Part shown: positions 43,554-57,025 of the stretch, one piece after another
How positions within the stretch are numbered: position 1 is the first letter of the stretch
How the letters are laid out: every line of letters starts with the position of its first letter
Source of the DNA: Octopus vulgaris
Lineage: Eukaryota
Length of the DNA stretch: 64,000 nt
Assembly: GCA_951406725.2 (NCBI GenBank)
Contig: OX597833.1
Span: 17,422,001 to 17,486,000 of the forward strand
Reading direction: 5' to 3'
Notes under the pieces: model-generated
What the model was told of the DNA's origin: nothing
Seen by the model: only the letters and a program-made list of their open reading frames with translations
The model's database searches: none
Made by a program: the position numbers and the translations under genes

Positions 43554-43555
<2 letters not shown>
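43160..43555 (-). mobile_element. SINE group C
   Basis: Family homology. Confidence 0.9.
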
Positions 43556-43585
<30 letters not shown>

Positions 43586-43695
43586 TAGATATATTTATAT
43601 ATATATATATATACATATACATTACATACATACATATACATTATATACATACATACATATTTATATATATATATATATATATGTATATACATCTG

Positions 43696-43752
<57 letters not shown>

Positions 43753-43759
43753 GTATGTA

Positions 43760-43804
<45 letters not shown>

Positions 43805-44322
43805 CATTCTCGAAAATCTTCCTCCAAAATTTAGCATGCAAAACAGCGATAAAAACTACAGGATTAAGAGATACCATCATGTTTTTTTTTTTCAGCTCTC
43901 CCTTTCTTGAAATCTCACATCAGGAATCTATACAGAGACGACTTGGCATTTAAAAGCCCCCACAATTCTACAACTGCTTCTCTAAAGCATTGCCAAACAT
44001 TCCTCGGAGACTTATAAACGGTATCTAAATGCATTTTTCTTTGGCAACCCAGTTCATTTACAACCACAGCAGAACATTCTCTACCCGAATGTCGGTCTCC
44101 CTCCTCCCCGCGAGCGACGGGTGCTATGTTTTATATGTAAACACAACAAAAACATTTGAGAGGCATAGAACATTCAACATCAAACAAAACGCTCCAGCAT
44201 GGCCGTAACTAGATTCGCTAAAGCAAAATAGGAACGGAAGAGCATATATTCATGTACAATCATATGTGTGTGTGAGTGTGTGTATTTATACATATACATA
44301 CATACATACATACATACATACA

Positions 44323-44358
<36 letters not shown>

Positions 44359-44567
44359 TATATGTATAGGCTCAAGCATGGCTATGTGATTAAGAAGCGC
44401 GCTTTGCAACCACGTGATTTCAGGTTCTGTCCCCTTGTTCAGCTCTTTGAGCAAGCATACATGTGCGTGTGTGTATCTGTGTCTCTGTATATATTGTTTA
44501 TAGAAATAGAAACAGACATGCATACATATATACATACTTACATACATTCATATATATATATATATAT

Positions 44568-44850
44568 TACGGAGATGTACTCGCATAGCAAGTGATTTGA
44601 TCTGAGATCGTGTGCTGAAACGAAAACAATTGCAGCGTGGAAGGTGTTTTTAAGCCATTTAAGAAATACACAAAAGCCGTTCGATTCACTTCAACATTTA
44701 AGTTTAATTTGTCAAAATATTTTCGTCGCTAAAATCCGCGACCTGTTCACGAAAATATTTTGACAAATTAAACTTAAATGTTGAAGTGAATCGAACGGCT
44801 TTTGTGTGTTTCTTAAATGGCTTACAAACACCTTCCACGCTGCAATTGTT
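44568..44850 (-). mobile_element. Foldback element with ~102-bp arms and a ~57-bp tail between TA/TACA tracts, HHR-like centre
   Basis: 44625-44726 is inverted at 44749-44850. The minus-strand centre reads GTGAACA-G-GTCGC-GGATTTTA-GCGAC-GAAA-ATATTTT-GACAA. Confidence 0.82.
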
Positions 44851-44924
44851 ATATACATACATACATACATACATACATACATACATACATACATACATAC
44901 ATACATACATACATACATACATAC

Positions 44925-45458
44925 AAAAACGAGACAAGAACACAAAACATCCAGACAGTCGATACAAAGAAAACAAGGATGGGTTAATCGGAGTTTTCTT
45001 TGCAATTTCGGCTGGTCATACTCGAGATTGCTCCAATCTGGCCAGCCCCAAGGAAAAACTAAGCTAAGAGCACTAGAATCCTTGCAAGAAAGCAGCGAAT
45101 GTATACGAAAACAAGGACGAAAAAAAAAACGGAAAAATGGTACACAAATACTAACAACAGAGCATATACAACGGGTGTCTTTCGACTAAGGACGAATTGA
45201 ATTAAGCTGGCGTGTGTGGAAGTAAAGCCTTACGGCAAGGACATAGGATTTGACAGGCATAGGTAGGAATATAGATGTTGCACGGATAGTAGTCGAACCA
45301 AGAAAGAAAGGTCAGGCTTGGTCGAACACCAGTCACGTGGGGAGAGAAGAGAGAAAGGTAGAGGCAGAGGGATAGAAGAATAAAGGAGGGGTAAGAAAAA
45401 AATGAAAGGGGCCGAGTAAAGTGAAAGAGGAAGGAAGGTGAGCATGAAGAGAAGGCCA
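44925..45458 (-). mobile_element. Interspersed element between microsatellites, possibly a PLE 3' region
   Basis: Bounded by (TACA)n and (TA)n. It carries a hairpin GGCTGG...CCAGCC followed by GAAA, but no complete HHR core. Confidence 0.45.
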
Positions 45459-45478
45459 ATATATATATATATATATAT

Positions 45479-45861
45479 AATTAGAAAAAACCCACCTTTT
45501 ATCAATTCAAAATGAACAATTAAATTACACCATCTAGAAAATTACATATAATAGAAATATTAAAATTAAAATAACAATAAAATGTCAATGATTAAGTAAA
45601 TTACGAAAAAATAATAAAAACGTATATTATTATTATTTTTTTTGTAATTTACTTAATCATTGATATTTTATTGTTATTTTAATTTTAATATTTCTATTAT
45701 ATGTAATTTTCTAGATGGTATAATTTAATTGTTCGTTTTGAATTGATAAAAGGTGGGTTTTTTCTAATTTCTTATATATATATTGTATTGTGTGAAATTT
45801 GATTTAGTATTTCTTAATTGAATTTTTTCCTTGTAAGTTTGGATTTTATTCCCTCAAATAA

Positions 45862-45865
<4 letters not shown>
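45479..45865 (+). mobile_element. ~290-bp AT-rich palindrome plus ~95-bp tail in (TA)n
   Basis: AATTAGAAAAAACCCACC... / ...GGTGGGTTTTTTCTAATT. The tail TTTTCCTTGTAAGTTTGGATTTTATTCCC resembles the tail of 46431-46690. Confidence 0.85.
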
Positions 45866-45909
<44 letters not shown>

Positions 45910-45923
45910 CATACATACATACA

Positions 45924-45959
<36 letters not shown>

Positions 45960-46104
45960 CATACATATATTGAATGGTACTGCCCAGGTGTCGAAACCAT
46001 AGTGATATCCGTAGGGCAGCTGATGATGGAGGTATATTGGATTGTTGGTATGGCTGTTTTTGTATATGTGGGAAAGTATTATAACACATCCGTTTGATAT
46101 ATAC

Positions 46105-46145
<41 letters not shown>

Positions 46146-46387
46146 AATATATATACCCTTTGGCAAATTCTGAATATCTTTGAGATGTATAGATGTATAA
46201 CATATCCATATGAAGAGCATGGCTTCCAAAATTATTTTCGTTTGCAACTCCATTTATATTTTATCCACATCTATCAAATGTGTTTGTATAATGACGTCAG
46301 GACATCTCACAAAAGACAGTTTGTTCTTTCGCACCGCCCAGAGAATCAGAGGGGGGAGGGCAAATCAATGACCTTAGCCAATGTGAA

Positions 46388-46430
<43 letters not shown>

Positions 46431-46435
<5 letters not shown>

Positions 46436-46690
46436 TTAGAGATAAAACCACTATTAGGCAAATCAAACAGTGAAAAACAGAAATAAAATTAATTAATATA
46501 ATATACAAAATTTATAAAATTCAAAATTTAAATTATTTAAATTTAAAGTTAAAATTTTTTCACTGTTTGATTTGCCTAATAGTGGTTTTATCTCTAATTT
46601 AATATATAAATATATATATGTATATTGTAAAATTAGATTTAATCCTAAATCTAATTTTTCCCTGTAAGTTTGGATTTACTCCCTATTATT
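46431..46690 (+). mobile_element. Foldback with ~48-bp arms plus tail in (TA)n
   Basis: TTAAATTAGAGATAAAACCACTATTAGGCAAATCAAACAGTGAAAAA is inverted at 46556-46602. The tail is TTTTCCCTGTAAGTTTGGATTTACTCCC. Confidence 0.82.
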
Positions 46691-46692
46691 AT

Positions 46693-46748
<56 letters not shown>

Positions 46749-46752
<4 letters not shown>

Positions 46753-47576
46753 GAAATATTAAAATAACTAAGTCTCTCTAAAAGAGAACAGCGGCAGCGT
46801 TCCCGGAAAATAATAGTTATCGCCATACTAATATGGCATTCTTATAAAAATAAGAAAAAGCTGTCCGCTTATTAGCTCCATGAGGCCATCGCCTTAAGTT
46901 AGCTATTTGATACACAAACTGTATCCATATAACCTTCGAACAAGGGAGGTCAGTCGCTCCACACTACTTGACCGGCAGCTACAGACGCGTTTCGGGGTAT
47001 TGCCCCTTTTCAATGCAGCGTAGCCAGCCAGTAGGTTTCGCTTCCGACAATCTCTGTTCGATGGTTTTATTTACCTAGTTTCGGTGGAATACATCCACTT
47101 GTTTTCAATAATAGAAATATTAAAATAACTAAGTCTCTCTAAAAGAGAACAGCGGCAGCGTTCCCGGAAAATAATAGTTATCGCCATACTAATATGGCAT
47201 TCTTATAAAAATAAGAAAAAAGCTGTCCGCTTATTAGCTCCATGAGGCCATCGCCTTAAGTTAGCTATTTGATACACAAACTGTATCCATATAACCTTCC
47301 ACCGAAACTAGGTAAATAAAACCATCGAACAGAGATTGTCGGAAGCGACACCTACTGGCTGGCTACGCTGCATTGAAAAGGGGCAATACCCCGAAACGCG
47401 TCTGTAGCTGCCGGTCAAGTAGTGTGGAGCGACTGACCTCCCTTGTTCGAAGGTTATATGGATACAGTTTGTGTATCAAATAGCTAACTTAAGGCGATGG
47501 CCTCATGGAGCTAATAAGCGGACAGCTTTTTTATTATTTTTATAAGAATGCCATATTAGTATGGCGATAACTATTA
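46749..47576 (-). mobile_element. HHR element: 1.5 head-to-tail copies of a 361-bp unit plus an inverted 280-bp copy, in (TA)n
   Basis: Unit repeats at 46751 and 47112. 47297-47576 is the reverse complement of 46811-47089. HHRs lie at 46978-47019 (-) and 47367-47408 (+). Confidence 0.9.
47367..47408 (+). ncRNA. Minimal hammerhead, U3-A8 core variant (mirror copy at 46978-47019)
   Basis: GCTGCA-TTGAAAA-GGGG-CAATA-CCCC-GAAAC-GC-GTC-TGTAGC: 6-bp stem I, 4-bp stem II, palindromic ACGCGT and a GUC site. Confidence 0.8.
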
Positions 47577-48987
47577 TATATATATATATATATGTGCACA
47601 CACACATGCATACATACATATATATATATATATATACATACATGCATACATACATACAAACACATACACGCACACACGCACGCACACATACACACGCACA
47701 CACACATATACATAGGTGTGTACTTGAAAAATGTTGCAGAATAACAATCCGGTTATTGATATTGGTTCATGTATGTTGATGTATACACCAGCGATCCAAG
47801 TACGCTATGTTATGGATAGAAGTAACAGTTTGTTAAGATGTTGGCTTGTTTGAATACGTTTGGGGTTTGTTTGTGGCTGAAAAAGTTTTCGTTTCTGTAA
47901 TTATGTTTTTGTTACGAGTGAAAGACGTCAAAAGGACATTTATTCAAAGAGCAGACGTTTCGAAATCGCCCTACCTCGAAGAGAGGGTGAAACAATTTGT
48001 AAACTGAAAAGAAACACACCACACTGGCTAAAACTAAAGGCTTTCCCCGAAGGAAATTTGGTAGTCATTTGGTTATTTGATATCGTTGTCTTAAAATAGA
48101 GATTTCTGGAAGAGATTTATCGGATGACATTCCTTAAATTAGTTCAACGATTATAAAAACATGCACATATACATGCATTATACACATACACATACAGACA
48201 CACAAATACATATACACACGGCTCGTATATAACATTTAGAGTTGCAGGGTAGTCAAAATCATCACGTGTGTTCCAAATCTAACAATTTATATGAAATACA
48301 TAACTATATTTTCGAAAAACACATTTTTTTTCTTTTGCTTCGTAGACAAATTAATAATGGTTTTCTTTGAAGACTAATAGATTCATAATTTCCACTACTT
48401 CATAATAAATACATATTAAAACGCCTCATTCATAAACTAATGTGTCAGAATGATAAACATTTACACCTGTTACCGACAGCCTATGATTCCGTAATTACAT
48501 TTTGATTTGCCACCTATTTCTCATTTGTCAATGCCAAACTCACCTGAGCATCATTTCACAATGCTTTTGGTCCCTGTCAAATTATACTAAGTTATAAAAA
48601 TATAGAAAACTAGCTTTTCAGAGAACACTTTATTATATCAGGTTACAGATAGCTTTTCTATGTCTTAGAGAAAATGTAGAAGTTATCTGTGTGAGTATGT
48701 TTAATAAAAAAAAAACTAAATCTGTTCCATATTGTAATTACTCTGTCTTCGAAGGGAACATGAAAACGATGCCTGACTAGAACAGAGGCAAATAACAACA
48801 GCAACAACAACAACAACAACAAAAATAATGGTTTCTAATTTGGGCACAGCTCAATCCAGAGAACTACGTTAAGGGTACACGTGTCTATGGAGTGCTCAGC
48901 CACTTGTACGTTAATTTCACGAGCAGGCTGTACCGTTGATCGGATCAACAGGAATCCTCGTCGTCGTAACCGACGTAGTGCCCACGA

Positions 48988-49064
<77 letters not shown>

Positions 49065-49077
49065 CACACATACATAG

Positions 49078-49132
<55 letters not shown>

Positions 49133-49165
49133 TGTGTATATATATATACACACATATATAGATAC

Positions 49166-49219
<54 letters not shown>

Positions 49220-49226
49220 GTGTGTT

Positions 49227-49520
49227 GAGGCGCAATGGCCCAGTGGTTAGGGCAGCGGACTCGTGGTCGTAGGATCGCGGTTTCGATTCCCATACAGAGC
49301 GTTGTGAGTGTTTATTGAACGAAAACACCTAAAGCTCCACGAGGCTCAGGCAGGGGGTGGTGGCGATCCTTGCTGTACTCTTTCGCCACATCTTTCTCTC
49401 ACTCTTTCTTCTGTTGGCTTGCTCGCTTAGGCAGCGTCATTTGAAGGCTAAAAACAATGCGAAGCGCATTGTGACCAGCGATGTGTAGCAACATCTGAAA
49501 GCCTGGTCGGTCACGGTGAT
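49227..49520 (+). mobile_element. SINE group B head with a different 3' tail
   Basis: The head matches 56644-56830 and the 3' part diverges. Confidence 0.8.
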
Positions 49521-49527
49521 CACGGTG

Positions 49528-49563
<36 letters not shown>

Positions 49564-50411
49564 TAATGAACATATATATAGAATGCACGTTGTTGTGTCT
49601 TTTTATGCGTGTGATTTTCGTGTCCATGGTGCAAAAAGGAAGACAACCACTGCAGTGGGTCACAACTTCTAATATTTCATAGGCTAAGACTATCTTGGCA
49701 AGAACTAATGGAAAAGAGTTACAGAATAAAAGCTGAGCAATACATACATACACGCACGCACGCACGCAATCATATGGTTGCTATCATTATTATTGAGTGA
49801 GAGAGAAGTGCATGTCATCAAAGTGACACTGGGGTACAGATATACGAAGCCCAGTATACCCATCATGACTACCCGTCTTATAAGAGTACACCAGTCACAT
49901 GCATCACAACCATACGTGCGCGACATGGTGATCTCATCTCAAAATAAACAGTGCATGACTTTGCAGGTGGGGCCCAGTTAGAGTTTTCTTCAGGTCGAGC
50001 AGCCCGTCCTGCTCAAAAGGTCCCTGAATAAGGATTGTTTAAGGATGTAGAACGAAACACACATATTTCCAGAGATTAATTATTCAAACCTCCAAGAATT
50101 CCTTTCAACACCCGGCTATGATGCTCCCCCACTACTTCTGCTCGTGATCAGAGATGCACATATCGTCAGCCACTAAGGGACAACTGGTTACGGTCAAGCA
50201 ATTGACAAGCAAATCTGTGGTATTGAGCAGAATATTTGCTCTAGCCCATCTTTTATACAAGAACAAAACATGTACACGATAACATTTCTAATCAGTTAAG
50301 ATTAGAAGCCATGAATGCCACTGCCTGGTACTGCATCAGGGCATTTATACTGCATCAGGGCAATTGTACTGCATATTATTATTATTATTATTGTTATTGT
50401 TATTGTTATTA

Positions 50412-50468
<57 letters not shown>

Positions 50469-51467
50469 CAAGGCAGCGAGCTGGCGTAATCGTTAGGGTT
50501 ATATATATATATATATAAATCGGAGTTCTAGGATGCTAGCATCCTTTAAAGGATCATAGGTCCTTAATACAATAAAAATTATGACTACCTGTTAATTTTT
50601 ATCCTTATTATACAAACACACACACACACAGAGAACGACGTCGAATCCTAAGCATGTCGGGCAAAATGGTTAGGGGCATTTTTCTTCGTCTTTACGTTCT
50701 GCTTTCAAATTCTGCCGAGGTCGACTTTGCCTTTCATCCTTTCGGTGTCGATAAAATACGCACCCATTGGTCATTGGTGTGGTCGATGTGATCGATTTAT
50801 TCCCTGCCCCCCAAAATGGCTTGCCTTGTGCCAAAATTTGAAACCATATCTTAGTCGCCTTTCTTCTAGAATCATACAAAATTGATAAAAAATACTAACC
50901 TCCATTTATATTTTATGATGATACGAAATCAGACAATTTTGAATAGTGATGCTTTTACAAAGATCATTAACAGTGGAACGTAATGAGAAGTAAATGACTT
51001 CAATAGAGTCAAGAATATGTTGCAGCAGATTGGTTCGGTTCCAGCTTACTGCAGGTTCTAAGTACATCCTGCCACAATATCATGTTTTAAATGTTAAGTA
51101 ATAGACATGTAAGAATATCTTTTTTGTATGTAAAATATAAGAACATTATATTTCTTTCTAAAAACAAATACTTCACTCACGATGAATTTCAATACCCGTA
51201 TTTATAGTTGTACGTTCATGCATAAATACATGCATAGACAGACAAACATACATACAATCATACATACAAACTACGTACATACATACATACATACATACAT
51301 ACATACATACATACATACATACATACATACGTGTGTGTGCATGTGCGTGTGCGTATGCGTGGCGTATGTGTGAATGTATATAAATATATATATATATGCA
51401 TATATATATGTATATATATTTATATATCTGTATCTAACTTTCTATTTACCAATATATCTTTATATAG

Positions 51468-51507
<40 letters not shown>

Positions 51508-51679
51508 ATGCATGTATATATGTATATATATGTATATACATATATATATATATTGTATCTATAATGTATATATATATGTATATATACAAATATATGTGTG
51601 TGTGTATGTAAGTCTCTTTCTCCCTCACTCGATATGTATATATATATATACATATATGCATACACACACACACTCATAC

Positions 51680-51771
<92 letters not shown>

Positions 51772-52851
51772 TTGTAAGACATTTTGTTTAGAAACTTGAG
51801 GAAATCGCCAACAGAAAATATAATATAAGAAGGCGAGAGAAAAGAGAAATGTACGCAACATCACTATTTACACATCCATTACGACAGTATTTAGCATTTT
51901 ATAAACAAAGAAATCAAATATAGGAAACTACTGAATATCATGGAATAAATTTGATATCATTTGGTAATCGATTAATGACTTTTAAATTACTTCTTACGTA
52001 ATCAGACTAAAGAATAAACGTCAGCTTTTTCCTCTCTGGTTTCAAGCTGTCTATACTTGAATCCAGCACTGCGAGCTAACACATCGCTTGGTGTTATATA
52101 CAATTCTATTTACACTGATAGACAATTTCAACTAGATAGATGAACAGAGCTAACGAGTGTTAAATGCTTTAGTTATTGACAGGGAGCAGCTACACCAGTA
52201 AAAGTGAATTTAACTGTCGATCTAATTGCCGGTAGCTGTTGACTTGGCCAGCTGTGATTTCTCTCGGAACTATCAAATATCTGTCAGACAAAAGGAAACA
52301 AATATATTTATAAACGACTAATATTACCACATAATTAACCACAAACGTTAAGTTAAAATGTGTTTATATCAGAGAAACGTGGTCTAAAGAGCAGCTACCT
52401 AAAATACGAAACTACGCTTACAATATATTACATGCCTATTAGATAAATTTCATCAGTAAAATCGGCCATTACTCGCTGAAAGATATTGTCGTTAAAAATA
52501 CTCGTATATCGTAACGGTTGCATTTGCAAGTATGGATATGAAGAACTAGGGTTAAGCATTCCACTGTAGACATCTAAAAAGATTGTAAAAATAGGAAAGA
52601 CAAATATGCCTCGAGTTATAGAAATCTATTGCCCAGCTGGTATTAATACTGCAAAAAATTCGGTGCTGAAAAGGAGGCCGGATATCTAATACGTATATCT
52701 GTAGAAAGATCTTGTGTTCGCTTTTGTAATTTTGGTTATACTTTGATTCAGAGATCTGATGGAACCGAGGAAACTTCGAATTTCTATTTTAAGCAGTTAT
52801 TCTGCAATGTTCTGCAAATCATTCACCCATACATAAACATACATACATACA

Positions 52852-52939
<88 letters not shown>

Positions 52940-52962
52940 TACATATATATATATACATATAT

Positions 52963-53055
<93 letters not shown>

Positions 53056-53356
53056 CATGCAAGCTGAGATAAATAGAATTTCCATTCTATTTAATAGAAA
53101 CGCAGGCACGTACACATGCATTCAAATACACACTAAATATACATACATATGCTCGGTAGGGTTGTTTTGTATGTGTGTGTGTGTGTGTGTGTGTGTTTGT
53201 GCGTGTGTGTGTGTGCCTGTGTATGTGTGTCTGTGTGTGTGTTTGTAGTAACAAATTACAGCCTGTGCAACTGGGTGGATCTAAATTTAAGGAATTCTCT
53301 GGTGATTGCTATCAGGATTATTCCATGGAGAATAGTCTCAACAGTATCAAGTGCAA

Positions 53357-53415
<59 letters not shown>

Positions 53416-53781
53416 ACTGGAAACTTAATGGAATTTCTTTTATAGAATTCTTGAGATACACCTCACTCATACCGAATCTTATAAACATACGCATGTCGTG
53501 CTTATATTGTTTATCTTTCTATGTCTTTGCTAGTAATTTATGCGTTTGCATATAGGTTTATTTGTTTGCATGTGTGTTCCTCTGTGTGTGTGAGCACGCG
53601 CATTAGCAACGCCCAGCAAGAAGGGCTACAGAATCAAGATGTACAACGACAGCAGTCAAAGACGGGGAAAACATTGAAAATAAAAATGGCTTCTTCCAAT
53701 CGTAATACAACATGAAACATCTGCAATGCTAAAAGCCCTTTATTACTTTACTTCTCCCTGATGTAACGTAATACATATTTA

Positions 53782-54114
53782 ATAGGGGCAAATACGGTTA
53801 TTTTAACTGCTATACAGCATAAAGTTTTGATTAATTAAAATTATCCCTGCCCCTAGATTATGTATCGTAATTATCAAATGGCAATTGAGAAGAGCTTCAC
53901 TTAAGGGTAGATAATCTCTGGGATCAATAATTCTCCATAACTGACATAGGGGCAAATACGGTTATGTTAACTACTATACAGCATAAAGTTTTGATTAATT
54001 AAAATTTTTCCTGCCCCCTAGATTATGTATCGTAATTATCAAATGGCAATTGAGAAGAGATTTGCTTAAGAAGGGTAGATAATCACTAGGATCAATAATT
54101 CTCCATAAGTGACA
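53782..54114. repeat. Direct tandem duplication of ~164 bp
   Basis: ATAGGGGCAAATACGGTTA...TTCTCCATAA(C/G)TGAC occurs twice. Confidence 0.9.
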
Positions 54115-54574
54115 TGCCATGAAGGAAAAGAAAGAGGCTTGTTCTTGACGTTTCCATTTCATTCTTTCGGAGTTGATATAATTAAACCAGTTCAGTACTG
54201 GGATCGATATAATTGATTATTTCTCTCCCCTAAAATTGCGGGCCTTATGCCGAGATTTGAAACTGTTTTATGTGAGGTGGTGAGCTGGCGGAATCGTTAG
54301 CGCGTCGGACAAAATGCTTAGTGACATTTCTTCCAGCTTTTGACGTTCTGTGTTCAAATTCCGCAGAGATTAACCTTTGCCTTTCATCTTTTCGGGGAAC
54401 GGGGATAAAATAAGTACCAGTTGAATACTGAATTAGATGTAATCGGTTTGCTTTCTCCTCCAAAAATTGCTGGCCTTGTGTTAAAACTTAAACCCAAAGG
54501 CAGCAACTTGGTGGAATCATTAGTGCGTCGGATGAAATACTTAGAGGTATTTCTTTCGGAATCTTTGTTCCAAT

Positions 54575-54812
54575 ACCTATTTCTTTATTACCCACAAGGG
54601 GCTAAACACAGAGGGGACAAACAAGGACAGACATAGGTATTAAGTCGATTACATCGACCCCAGTGCGTAACTGGTACTTAATTTATCGACCCCGAAAGGA
54701 TGAAAGGCAAAGTCGACCTCGGCGGAATTTGAACTCACAACGTAACGCAGACGAAATACCCCTAAGCATTTCGCCCGGCGTGTTAACGTTTCTGCCAGTT
54801 CGCCGCCTTCTG
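54575..54812 (-). mobile_element. SINE group A with TSD TGTTCCAATACC
   Basis: Duplicated at 54566 and 54813. Confidence 0.88.
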
Positions 54813-55269
54813 TGTTCCAATACCGTTGTGGTCCACTTATCCCTTCAGCTCAAAATTGATAATAAATCGTGCATATGATGATTTATTATCGGTTGGCAGA
54901 TACCAGCACGGATTACCGAAAAGTTTGTTCGTTGAAATTATAAAGAATAGTTCCAACTGTTTTTAGATTCATTAGTCAGAGGTGCCACTGACTGACGTGA
55001 CGCAGAAATGTCGAAACACCGGTTATTACTGAGTCCTTTCCGCTAACGAATTGTTTCAAATTTTTGCACAAGACTCTTTTGTTTCATCGACCCCCCAGTG
55101 TATTTATTTTATCATTCTGGTATTTATTTTATCGTTCCAAAGAGATGAAAGGTAAATTCTACTTCAGCAGAATTTGAGCACAGAACATAAAGAAGCTGAA
55201 GAAATGCAGCAAAGCATTATGTCCGAGGTTCGAATGAGTCTGTCAGCTCACCTTCCTTGCCCTAAAAAA

Positions 55270-55820
55270 AGTTGGCAGAATCGTTAGCACGCCGGGCGAA
55301 ATGCTTAGCGGTATTTCGTCAGCGTTACGTTGTGAGTTCAAATTCCGCCGAGGTCGACTTTGCCTTTCATCCTTCCGGGGTCGATAAATTAAGTACCAGT
55401 TACGCACTGGGGTCGATGTAATCGACTTAATACCTATGTCTGTCCTTGTTTGTCCTCTCTGTGTTTAGCCCCTTGTGGATAGTAAAGAAATAGGTATTTC
55501 GTTTGCGTTACGTTCTGAGCTCAAATTCCGCCGAGGTCGTCTTTGCCTTTCATCCTTTCGGGGTCGCTAAATTAAGTACCAGTTACGCACTGGGGTCGAT
55601 GTAATCGGCTTAACCCCTCTGTCTGTCCCTTGTGAGCAATAAAGAAATAAGAAACGTTAGCACGCCGGGCGAAATGCTTAGCGATATTTCGTCTGTCTTT
55701 ACGTTCTGAGTTCAAATTCCGTCGGGGTCGATAAATTAAGTACCCGTTGCGCACTGGGGTCGACGTAATCGACAAGCCTCTTCCCCAAAGACTTCGAGCC
55801 TTGTACCTAGAGTAGAAAAT
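55270..55820 (+). mobile_element. SINE group A trimer
   Basis: Family homology. Confidence 0.88.
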
Positions 55821-56640
55821 AATATTGAAGTTGTATTTTGAGCCACTGATATTGCTCATGCCTTAGAGAAAGACTTGAAGGTCTTTACATATCTTCTTCT
55901 TACTTTTTTTTTAAATGCCAGAGCTTCAATTTTGTATGAGGAAAGAAGGATTTACTAAACACGAGCAGTATAAATAGTTGTGTTAATAAAGGAGTCGAGC
56001 CGGATGTTGCCATACGATACGTAAAAGTTGAAAGAGCCCTAAAGTAGATTTTGCTTTTCATCTCTCAAGTGTTAATAAAGTAAGTACCAGTAATATCAAT
56101 CAATTTAGACCTCTAGTGTGCAATGAAAAGGTATATCATTATTTGTCAAACTGCTCAAGTCATTCGATTGTAATTAATTAAGAAAAATATTAATTAATAC
56201 AAGAAAAAAATATATATAATAAAACGCAGCATATTTTGTATTGCCCAAGTGAATACGGAGACCCCATAGCCATAATTGAGAAAGTCATCAGTGCTTGAGA
56301 TGCTAAACAGCAGGCATTTGTATAAAGTTACATCGAAAATCTGATGAGTTAGCATAAGATTTTATCTCTTTCTTCTGAAACTAATATTTTACACGTGCTA
56401 TTTTTCTCCACTTTTATCCCCTCTCCTTTTCTCTTTCACCCCTTTTTTTTTTTTTTTTTTTTTGAAATTTTGCATCTCTTCTTCTCAACTCTCAAATATC
56501 ATTCAGAATAGTGTGTGTTTCAATGGTATTAGTCCTGAAAGAAATTATTTTCGCCGGCCCAGGGTGTGAGTATGTGTGTGTCCCGCCGCAACCGACTTCA
56601 CTATAAACGGTAATGAGAAAGCGCATTATTAAAACATTCT

Positions 56641-57025
56641 GTGGAGGCGCAATGGCCCAGTGGTTAGGGCAGCGGACTCGCGGTCATAGGATCGCGGTTT
56701 CGATTCCCAGACCGGGCGTTGTGAGTGTTTATTGAGCGAAAACACCTAAAAGCTCCACGAGGCTCCGGCAGGGGATGGTGGTGATCCCTGCTGTACTCTT
56801 TCACCACAACTTTCTCTCACTCTTACTTCCTGTTTCTGTTGTACCTGTATTTCAAAGGGCCGGCCTTGTCACTCTGTGTCACGCTGAATATCCCCGAGAA
56901 CTACGTTAAGGGTACACGTGTCTGTGGAGTGCTCAGCCACTTACACGTTAATTTCACGAGCAGGCTGTTCCGTTGATTCGGATCAACCGGAACCCTCGTC
57001 GTCGTAACCGACGGAGTGCTTCCTA
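56641..57025 (+). mobile_element. Full-length SINE group B flanked by ~113-bp direct repeats
   Basis: A box TGGCCCAGTGG and B box GGTTTCGATTCC. 56527-56640 is repeated at 57026-57137. Confidence 0.9.

Noticed and set aside
44995-45060. GGCTGG...CCAGCC-GAAA hairpin as a hammerhead
   Set aside because: No recognisable NUGANNA core 5' of the stem and no valid NUH site.
47945-48005. Minus-strand hairpin followed by GAAACGTC
   Set aside because: Only the 3' half of an HHR motif is present. The core and stem I were not found.
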